From contig NC_068998.1 of the NCBI RefSeq assembly GCF_001194135.2, forward strand, positions 29,364,268 through 29,428,267: a stretch of 64,000 bases of DNA. Direction: 5' to 3'. The stretch's first letter is position 1; every line of letters begins with the position of its first letter. The notes under the pieces are model-generated. The model was not told the DNA's origin, did no database searches, and saw nothing but the letters and a program-made list of their open reading frames with translations. This DNA comes from Octopus bimaculoides (lineage: Eukaryota). Of the stretch, positions 45,497 through 57,230 are shown one piece after another. The translations under genes and the position numbers were made by a program.

Positions 45497-48400
45497 ATGG
45501 ACCATGTTAAATACAATAGCAGCAGCAACAACAGCAGATGCTCACCATTACCCCCTATAGGCAAACTACAATCACCTGTACAGAACAATAGCAATGGTGA
45601 TAATACTCTTGGCAGCATCAGCAGCAATGGTCGCCACAGCAAGCCTCTCTACCATCACAGCTATCTTAGCAGTAAATCTAGTGTCTCTATGACTGGCGTT
45701 AAAAACTTGAAGAACACCTGTGGTAAATTCAGTGGCAGCAGTAGTCTGTTAAATGGGGCTACAGGCAGTGGTGGTAGTGATGGTGGTAGTGCATACAGTG
45801 TGTCAATGAAGGCCAACAGTAGCTACTTGAAACTCTATGGCACTGCCAGTCACAATAACAGCATCAGTTCATCATTGACAAATGCAGTTTCTGGTAACAG
45901 TCACTGCAGTCAACAGCAACTGCAACAGCGGCAGCAGCAGCAGGCAGTGGCCACAATAGCTACTTCAAATGCAGTCGTCAAAACAAACAGTCCAAATATA
46001 AACCTAGTTCTGAATCCAAAACCAATATTGGAAGCTGCAGCAGAGAAAGAGAAAGTACAAGAAAAAATGGGAAATGGCAATGATGACGATGACGACGACG
46101 ACGACGAAGATGATGGTGTTGACGATGATGATGATGATGATGACGATGACGATGATGACGATGATGATAATCATGATGATGATGGAGGAGGAGAGGAAAT
46201 GGGAAAAAGTGATAAAAAATTGGAAGGAATGATTGAAAATGATGTAAAAGTAGAGAAAGAGGAGCAGACAGAGGGTGGAGACAAGCAACTCCAACCAAAT
46301 AACAACACCCCAAATACAGGTAAAAGTAGTAGTACTGTTTCTGTTGATGGTGGTGCTACAGCATCTAGTCTCAGTCTGAAGGAAAGAGAAAGCATCTATG
46401 AGTGGTCATATGATGAACCAGAGGAGGAAAGCAACCAGCCATACAAAACTAAGTACCAATTGTTCTCACATCTACGCAAGAGCAACATTGATCGACCATT
46501 CAAATGTGTGCACTGCGAGAAGTGCTTTGCAACTACCTCACACTTGAAGTCACATGTGCGCACACATACAGGGGAAAAGCCACACAAATGTCACAAGTGC
46601 CCACGTGCATTCTCAGAACAGTCGTCACTGAAGAGGCATTTGCGTCTGCACAGCGGAGAGCGTCCATATGTCTGCCTGCACTGCAGGGAGTCATTCTACA
46701 ACCAAACTTCGCTGAAAAACCACCTGGCCAAGCACACAGGCGAGAAGCCATATAAGTGTCTAAAATGCCAAAAGTCCTTTATTCATGCCTCCCACTTGAA
46801 GTCACATCTGCGCACCCATACGGGTGAAAAACCTTTCATGTGTCTCGAGTGCAACCGACCGTTTTCAGAGCGCACATCATTACGCCGCCACATGCGTATC
46901 CACACAGACGAGAAACCATACACTTGCAAGCAGTGTGGCAAAGCTTTTCATAACCAGTCTTCACTGAAATATCATGTTACTAGCCATGACTCACAAAACA
47001 ATGACCAGAGCAACAACACTGAGGACGGTAAGGACAATAACAAAAAAAAAAACAACCGTTCTGCAAAAGCTAACAAATCAAAACGAGGTGGAACTCGAAC
47101 TAATGTAAAAGGTACATTTAAATGCAAAGAATGCAACAAGTCATATGTTGATGAATCAAACCTGAAGCGACATACTTCTTTACACTCAGGAGAGCGATCT
47201 TTCAAGTGTTTACGTTGTGACAAGGCTTTCTTTAGCCAAGCTGGTCTTCAACAGCATGTACGTACTCACACTGGGGAGAAACCATATTTATGTGTCCATT
47301 GCAGCAAGAAGTTTTCACAGCATTGTGATCTGAAGCGACACCTACGTACCCACACAGGAGTACGTCCACATCAATGTCCTCATTGTGAAAAAGTATTTTG
47401 TGAGCACTCTTCTCTAAAGAATCATTTAGCTACTGTCCACACAAGCAAAGAACAGCAGTCTGAACTGTGGCACTGTTCTTACTGCGCTGAAAGCTTTCCT
47501 GATGAGCTGACACTTCAACAGCACATGCATAGTGCACATAATGCTACAACCTTACAACCTCCTACTGATGAGAGCTCTGTGCAACGAAGTACAACACCAT
47601 TGAGGTGCAGTGAGTGCGGTAAAGATTTTTCGCAGAGTTCTCAATTAGAAGAACATTTCTCTGCATGTCATCAGCCTACCAACAAAAAGATTACTTCATC
47701 TCCCAGTAACCCTGTTAACACATTGAGCCAAAAGTCACCTTTCACATGTGTCTATTGTGGAAAGGCATTCAGCCATCGCACTTCTCTCCAACGCCACATT
47801 CGCATCCACACGGGTGACAATCTGTACAAGTGTACTCAGTGCAGCAAATCATTTTGTCAGAAGTCCTCCTATGAGTATCACATTACCATTCACTCAGGAA
47901 TTAAACCTTATGTGTGTGTCACGTGTGGTAAAGGATTTGCACATCAGTATGGGTTGCATCGTCATGTACGTACACATGCTGCAGAGGTTGCAGCTGAGGA
48001 TGCCTCAAACAACTTGAACATTTTAGCTAAAAAAGAAGATGAGGATGAGGATGATGATGACGATGATGACGATGATGATGACGATGATGATGATGACAAT
48101 GATGATGACGATGATGAGGACGATGACGATGATAATGATGATGATGATGACAAAAACAATGGCAATAATAATGATAGCAATAAAAATAACAATATTCAGA
48201 TGGATACATTGCAAATATCAAAATCTGCTTTAATTTCAAATCCTTCCCAAACTGTGTCTAATGGGTCAAAGACAGGTCCTTTGGCGCATCCACCTCACTC
48301 ATCACACTCCTCACATAGGCATTTACCTATTCATCTTAATCAGTCACAACAGCAACAAAATTCTCAACAAAAACAGCCCTGTTTAAACTCACAGCAAGCA

Positions 48401-48565
48401 CTCCATCATCAGCAGCATCATCACCATCATCAACAACAATCACAAATTCAGCATCAACAACAACAGCAGCAGCAAGTAACTGGACAACAACAGAATTATG
48501 ACAATGTTGATTTTAACCTTTGTTTGGCTACAAATATTTCTATCAACTCCACTTCTACAAGCTGA
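45497..48565 (+). CDS. Multi-C2H2 zinc-finger transcription factor, 1022 aa, uninterrupted ORF
   Basis: 15 CX2CX12HX3-4H fingers in clusters (6 + 4 + 2 isolated + 3) with TGEKP/SGERP linkers; Ser/Asn-rich N-terminus; poly-Asp at 46082-46183 and 48035-48151; Gln/His-rich C-terminus; in-frame upstream stop at 45428. Confidence 0.97.
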   Translation: MDHVKYNSSSNNSRCSPLPPIGKLQSPVQNNSNGDNTLGSISSNGRHSKPLYHHSYLSSKSSVSMTGVKNLKNTCGKFSGSSSLLNGATGSGGSDGGSAYSVSMKANSSYLKLYGTASHNNSISSSLTNAVSGNSHCSQQQLQQRQQQQAVATIATSNAVVKTNSPNINLVLNPKPILEAAAEKEKVQEKMGNGNDDDDDDDDEDDGVDDDDDDDDDDDDDDDDNHDDDGGGEEMGKSDKKLEGMIENDVKVEKEEQTEGGDKQLQPNNNTPNTGKSSSTVSVDGGATASSLSLKERESIYEWSYDEPEEESNQPYKTKYQLFSHLRKSNIDRPFKCVHCEKCFATTSHLKSHVRTHTGEKPHKCHKCPRAFSEQSSLKRHLRLHSGERPYVCLHCRESFYNQTSLKNHLAKHTGEKPYKCLKCQKSFIHASHLKSHLRTHTGEKPFMCLECNRPFSERTSLRRHMRIHTDEKPYTCKQCGKAFHNQSSLKYHVTSHDSQNNDQSNNTEDGKDNNKKKNNRSAKANKSKRGGTRTNVKGTFKCKECNKSYVDESNLKRHTSLHSGERSFKCLRCDKAFFSQAGLQQHVRTHTGEKPYLCVHCSKKFSQHCDLKRHLRTHTGVRPHQCPHCEKVFCEHSSLKNHLATVHTSKEQQSELWHCSYCAESFPDELTLQQHMHSAHNATTLQPPTDESSVQRSTTPLRCSECGKDFSQSSQLEEHFSACHQPTNKKITSSPSNPVNTLSQKSPFTCVYCGKAFSHRTSLQRHIRIHTGDNLYKCTQCSKSFCQKSSYEYHITIHSGIKPYVCVTCGKGFAHQYGLHRHVRTHAAEVAAEDASNNLNILAKKEDEDEDDDDDDDDDDDDDDDDNDDDDDEDDDDDNDDDDDKNNGNNNDSNKNNNIQMDTLQISKSALISNPSQTVSNGSKTGPLAHPPHSSHSSHRHLPIHLNQSQQQQNSQQKQPCLNSQQALHHQQHHHHHQQQSQIQHQQQQQQQVTGQQQNYDNVDFNLCLATNISINSTSTS

Positions 48566-51500
48566 CTGGATGCTGATGGGCTAGGGAACTGAACTTCTAA
48601 GCATAAGCTATTCACCATCCTCACCAGGAAGAGAGAGGTGTAGATATATATCTGCTTATCTATCAATTCATTATTTCTTAAACCATCTAACTCTATGTCT
48701 AAACCACATTTAACTGTTTTATCCTGTCTACCTGTCTGTCTATTTTTTAATGTCTATTTATTTGCCTATTTCTGGCTATTACCTATCAACCTATCTAGCT
48801 ATTTATGTGTATGTATGCCTAAACATTAGTGTGGTTCTATCTCCAACTATATTTCCTCTCACCTATTACTATTATCAGATTTCAAACCAAGGTTTTCATT
48901 ACATTTTCTTGGTTAAATATACCAAATTAGAATTATGTTTTTTTTTCCTTTCTTTGTTTTGATTTTTTTTCTCTACACTATCTTTTTTTCTTATGGGTCA
49001 TTTGGTTCTGCAAAGTCAGACCTTTTCAATTACTACACATGACATGTATAGTTGGGTGCTAATATTTGTTTGACACTTTACTTTGAAGTAGAAACTGAAT
49101 GAATAAAGTGAGCAACCAGGGCGAGAAGAATGTATTACTTGAGATTGAACTTGTGATTTGATCATCATACAATCATTAGGCCAGTTTATCATGTATGTGG
49201 GCATCTAAAAGCTCATTTAAGATTAAGGAAAGCAAAGTGGAGTAAGATGAGATCATAACCTTGTCTTCACTCCTTATGTTTAAGGAGAGCTGTTGGATCA
49301 TAAGTAAATAGCAAGAGTGAGCTGGAAAATTGTCCAGTTGAGTTTAGTTTTCGTTGCCATTACTACGCTACTTTCAACTGCTTTTGCCTTTTTCTGTTGC
49401 ATCCAAACATCATCACCATGCATCTAAATAGAATATCCATGCATGTCTCTATTGTACTAAGTAAAATGATTAAAATCTTGTGTCATATTTTGTAGTGAAA
49501 TACTACCATGGAAAAATGGGATAGTTTGACCTTATGACCTTTTAGGTTAGTGATAGTAATCCATCTTTCTCCCAAGCAAGACCTAATCTGTTGATGTAAA
49601 TGACTTTTACCTAAGGACACAATGAAATGCCAGCAGCTGAAACCAAACCTATTATATTTAGATTAGTATACCAGCAAGCTTAAATTCCCTCAGACAAAAT
49701 GTTCTTGGTGTAGTTGATTGGTAGAGATGGTTGTTAGCCTGAGTAGTTAGCCAATCACATCTTATCCTAAGTTCTATACACTCCACTTTTATGTCGTTTC
49801 ACTTTTTACTTTTGACCAGTATGTGAATTTTAGAATAAAGAATGCTTAGGATGTTCTGTCAACAGTTGTTCATGATAAATGTGAGACTAGAAAATGAGTA
49901 ATTCTTTTTTAGACTTTTCATTATTTCATTTCTAAAGAATCTTTGTGTAGATAGTTGTTATATGTTGAAGACTGTAACAGTCATATGTCACTTCTTGTTC
50001 ATATGGATCTCTATAGATTGTGCTATGCTAAGTCTGTTGAGCATTTATATGTTAAGCAGCTACCACTGTTTGCAATATTTAAAGCCATTTTTGTCAATTT
50101 TAGAATACTGCAATGACTATTGTGCAGGATTTATCCATTTGATGCAACTTTAAACTAATTCTCTCTCTGTTTCTAACCAGTTGCTTTTTGTTTTGATCTC
50201 TAACTAATGAAATTTTCTCCAGAATTATCATTCTGAAGGGACCACACTGCTAGACTGTCCCTTTTATTTGTTCAAAATTGCATCTGTGTCATTTTTGAGT
50301 CATTCCTCTCCCTTTCCTTTTGCTCCCTATACACACAAAATATCCCACCACATGGCTGTGGATCTTTCGTTGGTCTAATGATAAAAAAGAGCTAGAAATA
50401 AAAGATCCATAATGAATGACATAGTGGATAAGATCTAGCAATTTGAGTAACAGTATTTAATGCCAGGTAACCTAAGTTCACATATGCATGCATACACATA
50501 CATCAGTGCATGATGATCATCAAAACAGAGTTTAAGACAGAAACTCTAAAGATGGAATTAAAACCATACTACTTTAGAAATTGTATTTTCTAAATAAGGA
50601 AATGTTCCTTCAGTTACTATATCACATTGTTTATCACAAATAGTTGTGCAACAGTGTCACACCAACAGGGTTTTTGATTGGCTTATATTAAGCGTTTGGT
50701 TGTGTTAATAATATGGAACAAGTATAGTAAGTTACCTATAAACGTTTGATTGCTGGATAGAGTGAATGATTTTATTTTTATGGTCTAATGCAGTTGCTGA
50801 AATTACATGAACCACATTTTAAATTTCTTTTTTGCCTTAAAGCTAGCGGTAGGTTTTTATGTTTAAATAACAAACACTAATGATTATTATGATTATGATA
50901 GTATATATGTGTATTATATAAAAATATATGTGTGTGTGTGTATATAAAAGTATTTATGCATGTATATATATTTATATATATGTGTGTGTGTTGTACATGT
51001 TTATGTGTATACATATGTTTCATTGTATTTGCAATAATTGAAGTAGAGATTGGTTTGCATATATGAAATACATTCTTTTAAGCTGGGGTTAAATTACCTC
51101 AACTCCACATGCTGTACTGCTTGTGATAATGACAGTTTAAGAGAGGACAAGATATCCTCTCTTAGATTGTTTTCCAACCAAGTCAACTCTTCTCATCTGT
51201 TAGTAAATGAGTTGCTATGTTTAAGATCATTGCACTTTTTGTGAAGATTTTCTCTTAAATACATTTAAAAACTAGGAGGAAAAAAATTTAAAGAATGGTG
51301 CATTTAGACTGAAGAAACTGTATAAGGTATGTCACTTTCTGCAAACAGGACATTTACCTTTTGCCTGTTTGTCTCTCAAATATCTGGCATCAGTGTACCA
51401 TATCCAAGTCTACAACATTGTTGTGCACCTCAATATGCTTCTTGAATATTTTTGAGTAAAGTGATGTTTATAAACTACTTGTAATTTTCTTGAACATTCA

Positions 51501-53747
51501 TTGAAAAGTCCTTTAATAATCTAAGTGATATTATGCATAAAAACTGATGATGAATAACTTACAATATCTATTATATGTTATTCTGTTGGAAAGAGGCTAA
51601 ATATTTGCTTTAAGGTTCCAAGATTGTGACATGGCGACTCTCGATAGCTTTAAATGCATTTCATAGATCCAACATTCAGTTTTTATTAATTGCTCCTTCT
51701 TAATATTCTAAATGTATTCCCTATTAGACATTTTTTAGAAGACTTTTTATATTTTGCTTCAGTAGTTCACTAATACATATGAATGATATAGAGCATTATA
51801 TGATTGTCATTTGAATGACATATTAAATTTTCATTTGTATTTGCATGTTATTTGTTGATTTTCTAGTCTTACATGTGACTATGAAGTCAACAAATAGTCT
51901 GTTTAATTAACAACTTTGTTCTTCAAAGTTTACTCATAATGTATTTGATTAATTAATTAAGAGCTATTATAATCATGTGGAAGAAAAATAATGGTTAGCA
52001 TACCTGCTGTATTCATATATCACATCTACCCAGGCTGACATACTTGCTGTTTGTTTAATTTGTTTAGTCTGGTTACTAATTAGTGTATCTCTGGTTACTT
52101 CTAACCTTGTATATTTCTTTACACAATGTCTCAATAAAACATCTCATTCTATACCAAGTTATTTCACATGTATAGCACCAGTGCAACCAACTTTTATGAT
52201 ACAGCACCACATTGAGTTGCAGTATTTGACTTTCAGATATTGTTACATGGTCATTCAGCTGTATGTGTTCTTGTTGTCAAATGAAAGCTTCCTGATTCTT
52301 GGTGTATACTGTTGTGCTTACACCAGCATTTTCCATTAACATTATCATTGTTTTATGTTTATTCTGGCATAGTTTGGATAGGTTTTTTTTTTTTTTGAGA
52401 CATTGTTTTACAGCTGGATATCCTTTTGGTTACTTCTTACATCAGGCAAGGATGATGCTATACACCTTTTTCTAAAACTGGTGTATTCATGGTAATTCAT
52501 TATTAGTTCCTTTGTAAAAACTAAACTGTTGATGTTTTACTCATTTGAGCTATAAGATAAGATGAGCCATTTAATTCCTTAGTGGTTCCAGTATCTATGG
52601 AATTTACTTAAAATCTAAATTTAATCAATATCATGACTGCTGAAAATTGTAGAGGTAAGTTACTAGTAAACCATGTTTACAACTTGGTTTTGATCTCTTG
52701 TTGGGGGTGTTTTTTCACTTTATATCGCTACTATCCTTCAGAAGATATGAAAATTGTATGGTCTAATTTCTTTGTTCCCTATAAACCTGGAACTGTGGAA
52801 AAAATTAATAATTCAGCTATCAATGACAGTTTCATATGTATTTACAATATTAATATGATGAAAGGATGCAAAGAATTACACCTTGATATAGAGCACGTTT
52901 TGCTTTTTATAGTTGAAGCATGTTGTACATAGATATCCTGCACTTTTTGTAAAGTGTCTTAATTTTTCTACTCAAGGAAGTTCTGCATTATTTTCTGATT
53001 ATGTTCTAATCTTAAAATTTCTTTACTCTATCCCTGGGTGCTCATGTACAAAATTTCAAGTGATAATACTTAAGTCATTCTAGGTGTACCATTCTTTCAA
53101 TTTTTAAAAAAATTTTCTATAAGTTGTTTAATTGATTTATGTGACAACGTTGATAATTGTCATGGCAATATTTGGCTACCTACCCAACTCTATGAGTCCT
53201 GATGTCTTAATAATCCTTTTTTGGGGATTTGCTTAAAAAGATGGTGTCAGACACAAATGTCTGTAGCTATATTGTGCTTCAAAGTTTATTTGATCTTGAT
53301 TCTCAAGAAGTTAAGTCTATCTATAATCAAAAGAATTCAGTTTTTCCATTTCTCTCCTTGTTGTGTTCCACAATTCTACAACATAGATCATTTTAGAGTC
53401 AGAGGAAAAGAATTTACCGAACATCTTTGATGTCAGAACTATAAAGTCTACATCAATTTCATTGTGCTGTTACTGCTACGAAGAAATCCAAAGTGTTGGG
53501 AATGTCTCTATCATTCACTGATATTCATGTATGGCAGACTAAGTCAATTACTGCAAAATGAATACATATAATCCAAACATATATCTTGATCACTAATTAT
53601 AATGCTCTTTCATTGCATTCTGAAGCCTAGTAAATTATTAGATGATAATTTGACTCAATAATGTTATGATCTGTTTTTTAAAATAACTTTCCAAACATTA
53701 AATATGTGAAATTACTGTGTTAGACATGTATATATATATATATATAT

Positions 53748-54100
53748 ATCTTTCATTTTGTTTTTGTCATTAGACTGCAGCCATGCTGGGTTACTAACTT
53801 GAAGAATTTTTAGTTGAATGAATTGACCCCAGTACTTATCCTTTTTAAGCCTGGTACTTATTCTATTAGTCTCTTTTGCTGGATTAAGTTACAGGAACAT
53901 AAGCACACCAATACCAGTTGTCAAACGGTTGTAGGGAACATAGATATATGCATATATGATGGACTTCTTTCTGTTTCTATCTACCGAGTCCACTCACAAG
54001 GCTTTGGTCGTCAGCCTGAGGCTAGAGTAGAAGACACTTGCCCAAAGTGTCACACAGTGAGACTGAACCCAGAACCATGAGATTGAGTAGCACAGTCATG
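53748..54100 (-). mobile_element. Diverged tRNA-derived SINE
   Basis: Reverse-complement similarity to 43495-43845 (CCACTCACAAGGCTTTGGTCG, GAAGACACTTGCCCAA, GACTGAACCCAGAACCATG). Confidence 0.85.
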
Positions 54101-54104
54101 CCTA

Positions 54105-54920
54105 CGAACAGCCATGCTACATGGCAGTGAAACATCGGCCATAACTGCTGAGGACATGCGTAAGCTCGCAAGGAATGAAGCCAGTATGCTCCGATGGATG
54201 TGTAATGTCAGTGTGCATACTTGGCAGAGTGTAAGTACCTTGAGAGAAAAGTTGAACCTAAGAAGCATCAGTTGTGGTGTGCAAGAGAGACGATTGCGTT
54301 GGTATGGTCATGTGGCGAGAATGGATGAGGATAGCTGTGTGAAAAAGTGCCATACCCTAGCAGTTGAGGGAACCTGTGGAAGGTGGGACAAGGTGGTGAA
54401 GCACAACCCTCGAACATTAGGCCTCACCGAGACCTTTGGAAATACGCAATGCGTGAGAAGACCCGGCAAGCCAAGTGAGACCATAACCCATAGCCTATGC
54501 CAGGGGTGTAACCAACCCACTTATGCGTACCTTTCCTTCATTGGACACTAAATTCTGCCTGTGAAGACCTGTTGAGGCAAGTGAAATTGAAATCGAATCA
54601 AATTCGATGACTGGCACCTGTGCCAGTGGAGCTAAGAGCACCATCCGAGTGTGATCGTTGCCAGTGCAGCGGACCAGCTTCCGTGTCTGTGGCACGTGAA
54701 AAATCATTCGAACGAGGTCGTTGCCAGTTCTGCCTGACTGGCTCGTAAAAGCACCCACTACACTCTTGGAGTGGTTGGCATTAGGAAGGGCATCCAGCTG
54801 TAGAAACTCTGCTGGATCAGATTGGAGCCTGGTGCAGCCATTTGGTTCACCAGTCCTCACTCAAATCATCCGACCAATGCTAGCATGGAAAGCGGACGTT
54901 AAACAATGATGATGATGATG
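54105..54920 (+). mobile_element. 5'-truncated RTE LINE: ORF C-terminus, 3'UTR and (ATG)n tail
   Basis: MLHGSETS..RKLARNEASMLRWMC..LREKL..VQERRLRWYGHVARM; ends GCATGGAAAGCGGACGTTAAACAATGATGATGATG. Confidence 0.95.
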
Positions 54921-55354
54921 ATATATACATACACATATCTCAGATCAAATGATGGATGATCAAGATGAATAACAATACAACTTACTGTTCCATTCAGCAT
55001 AGAAAACTGAATATTACAATAGACACTGATGAGTGTGTAGATATGCTTTTGTTGGTTTCAATCATTGGAAAGTGGTTCTGCTAAAATATTAACTGAAGAG
55101 TTTCCTTTTAGTTCTTATTTCAGACTTGTACTTATTTTGTCAATTTCTATGAAATATTGAACATAAATATAGCTCCAGAACACATAAATATTTGCATATT
55201 TGTATGCATGATTGTGTGTTATGTGTGTGTGTCTATCCCCCATCACCATTTGACAACTGGTGTTAGTGTGTATTGTCCCCATAACTTAGCGGATCAACAA
55301 AAGATATTCCTGGAGTTGATTTGTTCAAATAAAACCTATTCAAGNNNNNNNNNN

Positions 55355-56313
55355 GACAGCTGTTTTGATTCAATAATCTTTAGATAATTAATTTATAAAA
55401 TTAAAATCATTATAAGATGAATCTCTTCAGAGGTAGTAAAGATATACCGATTAGAAATATATGTTGAGATAACAGCTATAAACTGTTAACTGATAGCATA
55501 TATACAAAAAGAGCCAGTTATAGAAGGCCTCAATCCAACATGGGGGGGAGGAGAAGGTAGTGTATATTTTATGTCTTAAAGAAAGAAAAGAAGAGATTAA
55601 TATAATATCATAGGATATTGAGAAGGAGAAAAAGCAAAAGAAGAAAACTGCTTGTATATATAAATATATAATAATGCCATATAATATCATACTTATCTAT
55701 AATACTGCAATACAAAAAATTTAAATTACGTAGAAGCAAACCGTGGCAATTATATATTAACCGAAGTTATCAGAAAGATATAAATAATTTCTAAATATAA
55801 TAATAACTTATTGTTTATGTTTATAATAATAATGAAATAAAAACATTATTATAAACATAAACAATAAGTTATTATTATATTTAGAAATTATTTATATCTT
55901 TCTGATAACTTCGGTTAATATATAATTGCCACGGTTTACTTAATTAAAAATTTTTTGTATTGCAGTATTATAGATAAGTATGATATTATATGGCATTATT
56001 ATATATTTATATATACAAGCGGTTTTCTTCTTTTGCTTTTTCTCCTTCTCAATATCCTATGATATTATATTAATCTCTTTTCTTTCTTTAAGACATAAAA
56101 TATACACTACCTTCTCCCCCGCCCCCATGTTGGATTGAGGCCTTCTATAACTGGCTCTTTTTGTATATATGCTATCAGTTAACAGTTTATAGGTGTTATC
56201 TCAACATATATTTCTAATCAGTATATCTTTACTACCTCTGAAGAGATTCATCTTATAATGATTTTAATTTTATAAATTAATTATCTAAAGATTATTGAAT
56301 CAAAACAGCTGTC
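55355..56313. repeat. Long inverted repeat (~470-bp arms, 14-bp spacer), probably two inverted PLE terminal-repeat copies
   Basis: 55355-55830 is the reverse complement of 55845-56313, with a few substitutions and small indels; spacer AATGAAATAAAAAC. Confidence 0.95.
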
Positions 56314-56500
56314 AGAGATGTTGTCATATTTTATAATTAATAAATAATATTTCATTAATTACCTCTCCTTATTCTTTAAATATATAAATATATGAACCAC
56401 GGCTTATATGGTTACCTTATAGTTGAACTTTCTATGGATTGGTATCTAACCAGTATTTTCATTAGATTTTATTCTCCCTTAGTTAGGTTTATAACTTTAC

Positions 56501-56535
<35 letters not shown>

Positions 56536-56850
56536 CAATGTTAATTCTCTAAATGAAGTATTAACAGTAACTGCACGATAAAGTGTAGTATATTGCCACT
56601 TAAGTGTGGCTGACCCCTAGGGGTGGATGTTACTGTTGCTTTTAGCCCCAGGAGGACATCTCCTCCAGCTGGAGGAGATGTCNNNNNNNNNNNNNNNNNN
56701 NNNNNNNNNNNNNNNNNNNNNNNNNNNNNNNNNNNNNNNNNNNNNNNNNNNNNNNNNNNNNNNNNNNNNNNNNNNNNNNNNNNNNNNNNNNNNNNNNNNN
56801 NNNNNNNNNNNNNNNNNNNNNNNNNNNNNNNNNNNNNNNNNNNNNNNNNN

Positions 56851-56887
<37 letters not shown>

Positions 56888-57009
56888 TATAATTATTTAA
56901 TAACAAATTGGAAATCTCCAAATGCTCAGGGCTGACTGAAACTTATTAAATAACATATGTAACTCCAACCAAATGTGTTGAGTGCCATTTTCTTCCATTT
57001 GTCCATTCA

Positions 57010-57230
57010 CTTGTATTTGTGTGTGTGTGTGTGTGTGTCTTTGTGTCTGTGTTTGTCTCCCACCACTGCTTGACAATCAGTGTTGGTGTGTTTATGTTCC
57101 CATAACTTAGTATATTGGCAAGAGGCCAATATATGAAGTACCAAGCTTTAAAAAAATAAATACTGGGTTGATTCATTTGATTAAGTATGGTCACAGTCTA
57201 ATGACTAAAACAAGTAAAAGATAAAAGATA
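57010..57230 (+). mobile_element. SINE 3' half
   Basis: GTGTCTGTGTTTGTCTCCCACCACTGCTTGACAATCAGTGTTGGTGTGTTTATG...GACTAAAACAAGTAAAAG. Confidence 0.8.

Noticed and set aside
45978-48239. Antisense and alternate-frame ORFs over the zinc-finger gene (poly-His, poly-Ile, poly-Ser, poly-Met)
   Set aside because: Shadows of the GAT/GAC repeats.
51098-51253. 156-nt minus-strand AG...GT segment, open except for one TGA (Sec or editing read-through considered)
   Set aside because: Weak acceptor, no recognisable homology and no SECIS seen; expected by chance in 64 kb.
56655-56682. Perfect 28-bp palindrome GACATCTCCTCCAGCTGGAGGAGATGTC
   Set aside because: Ends exactly at a gap edge; most likely a contig-end fold-back artefact.
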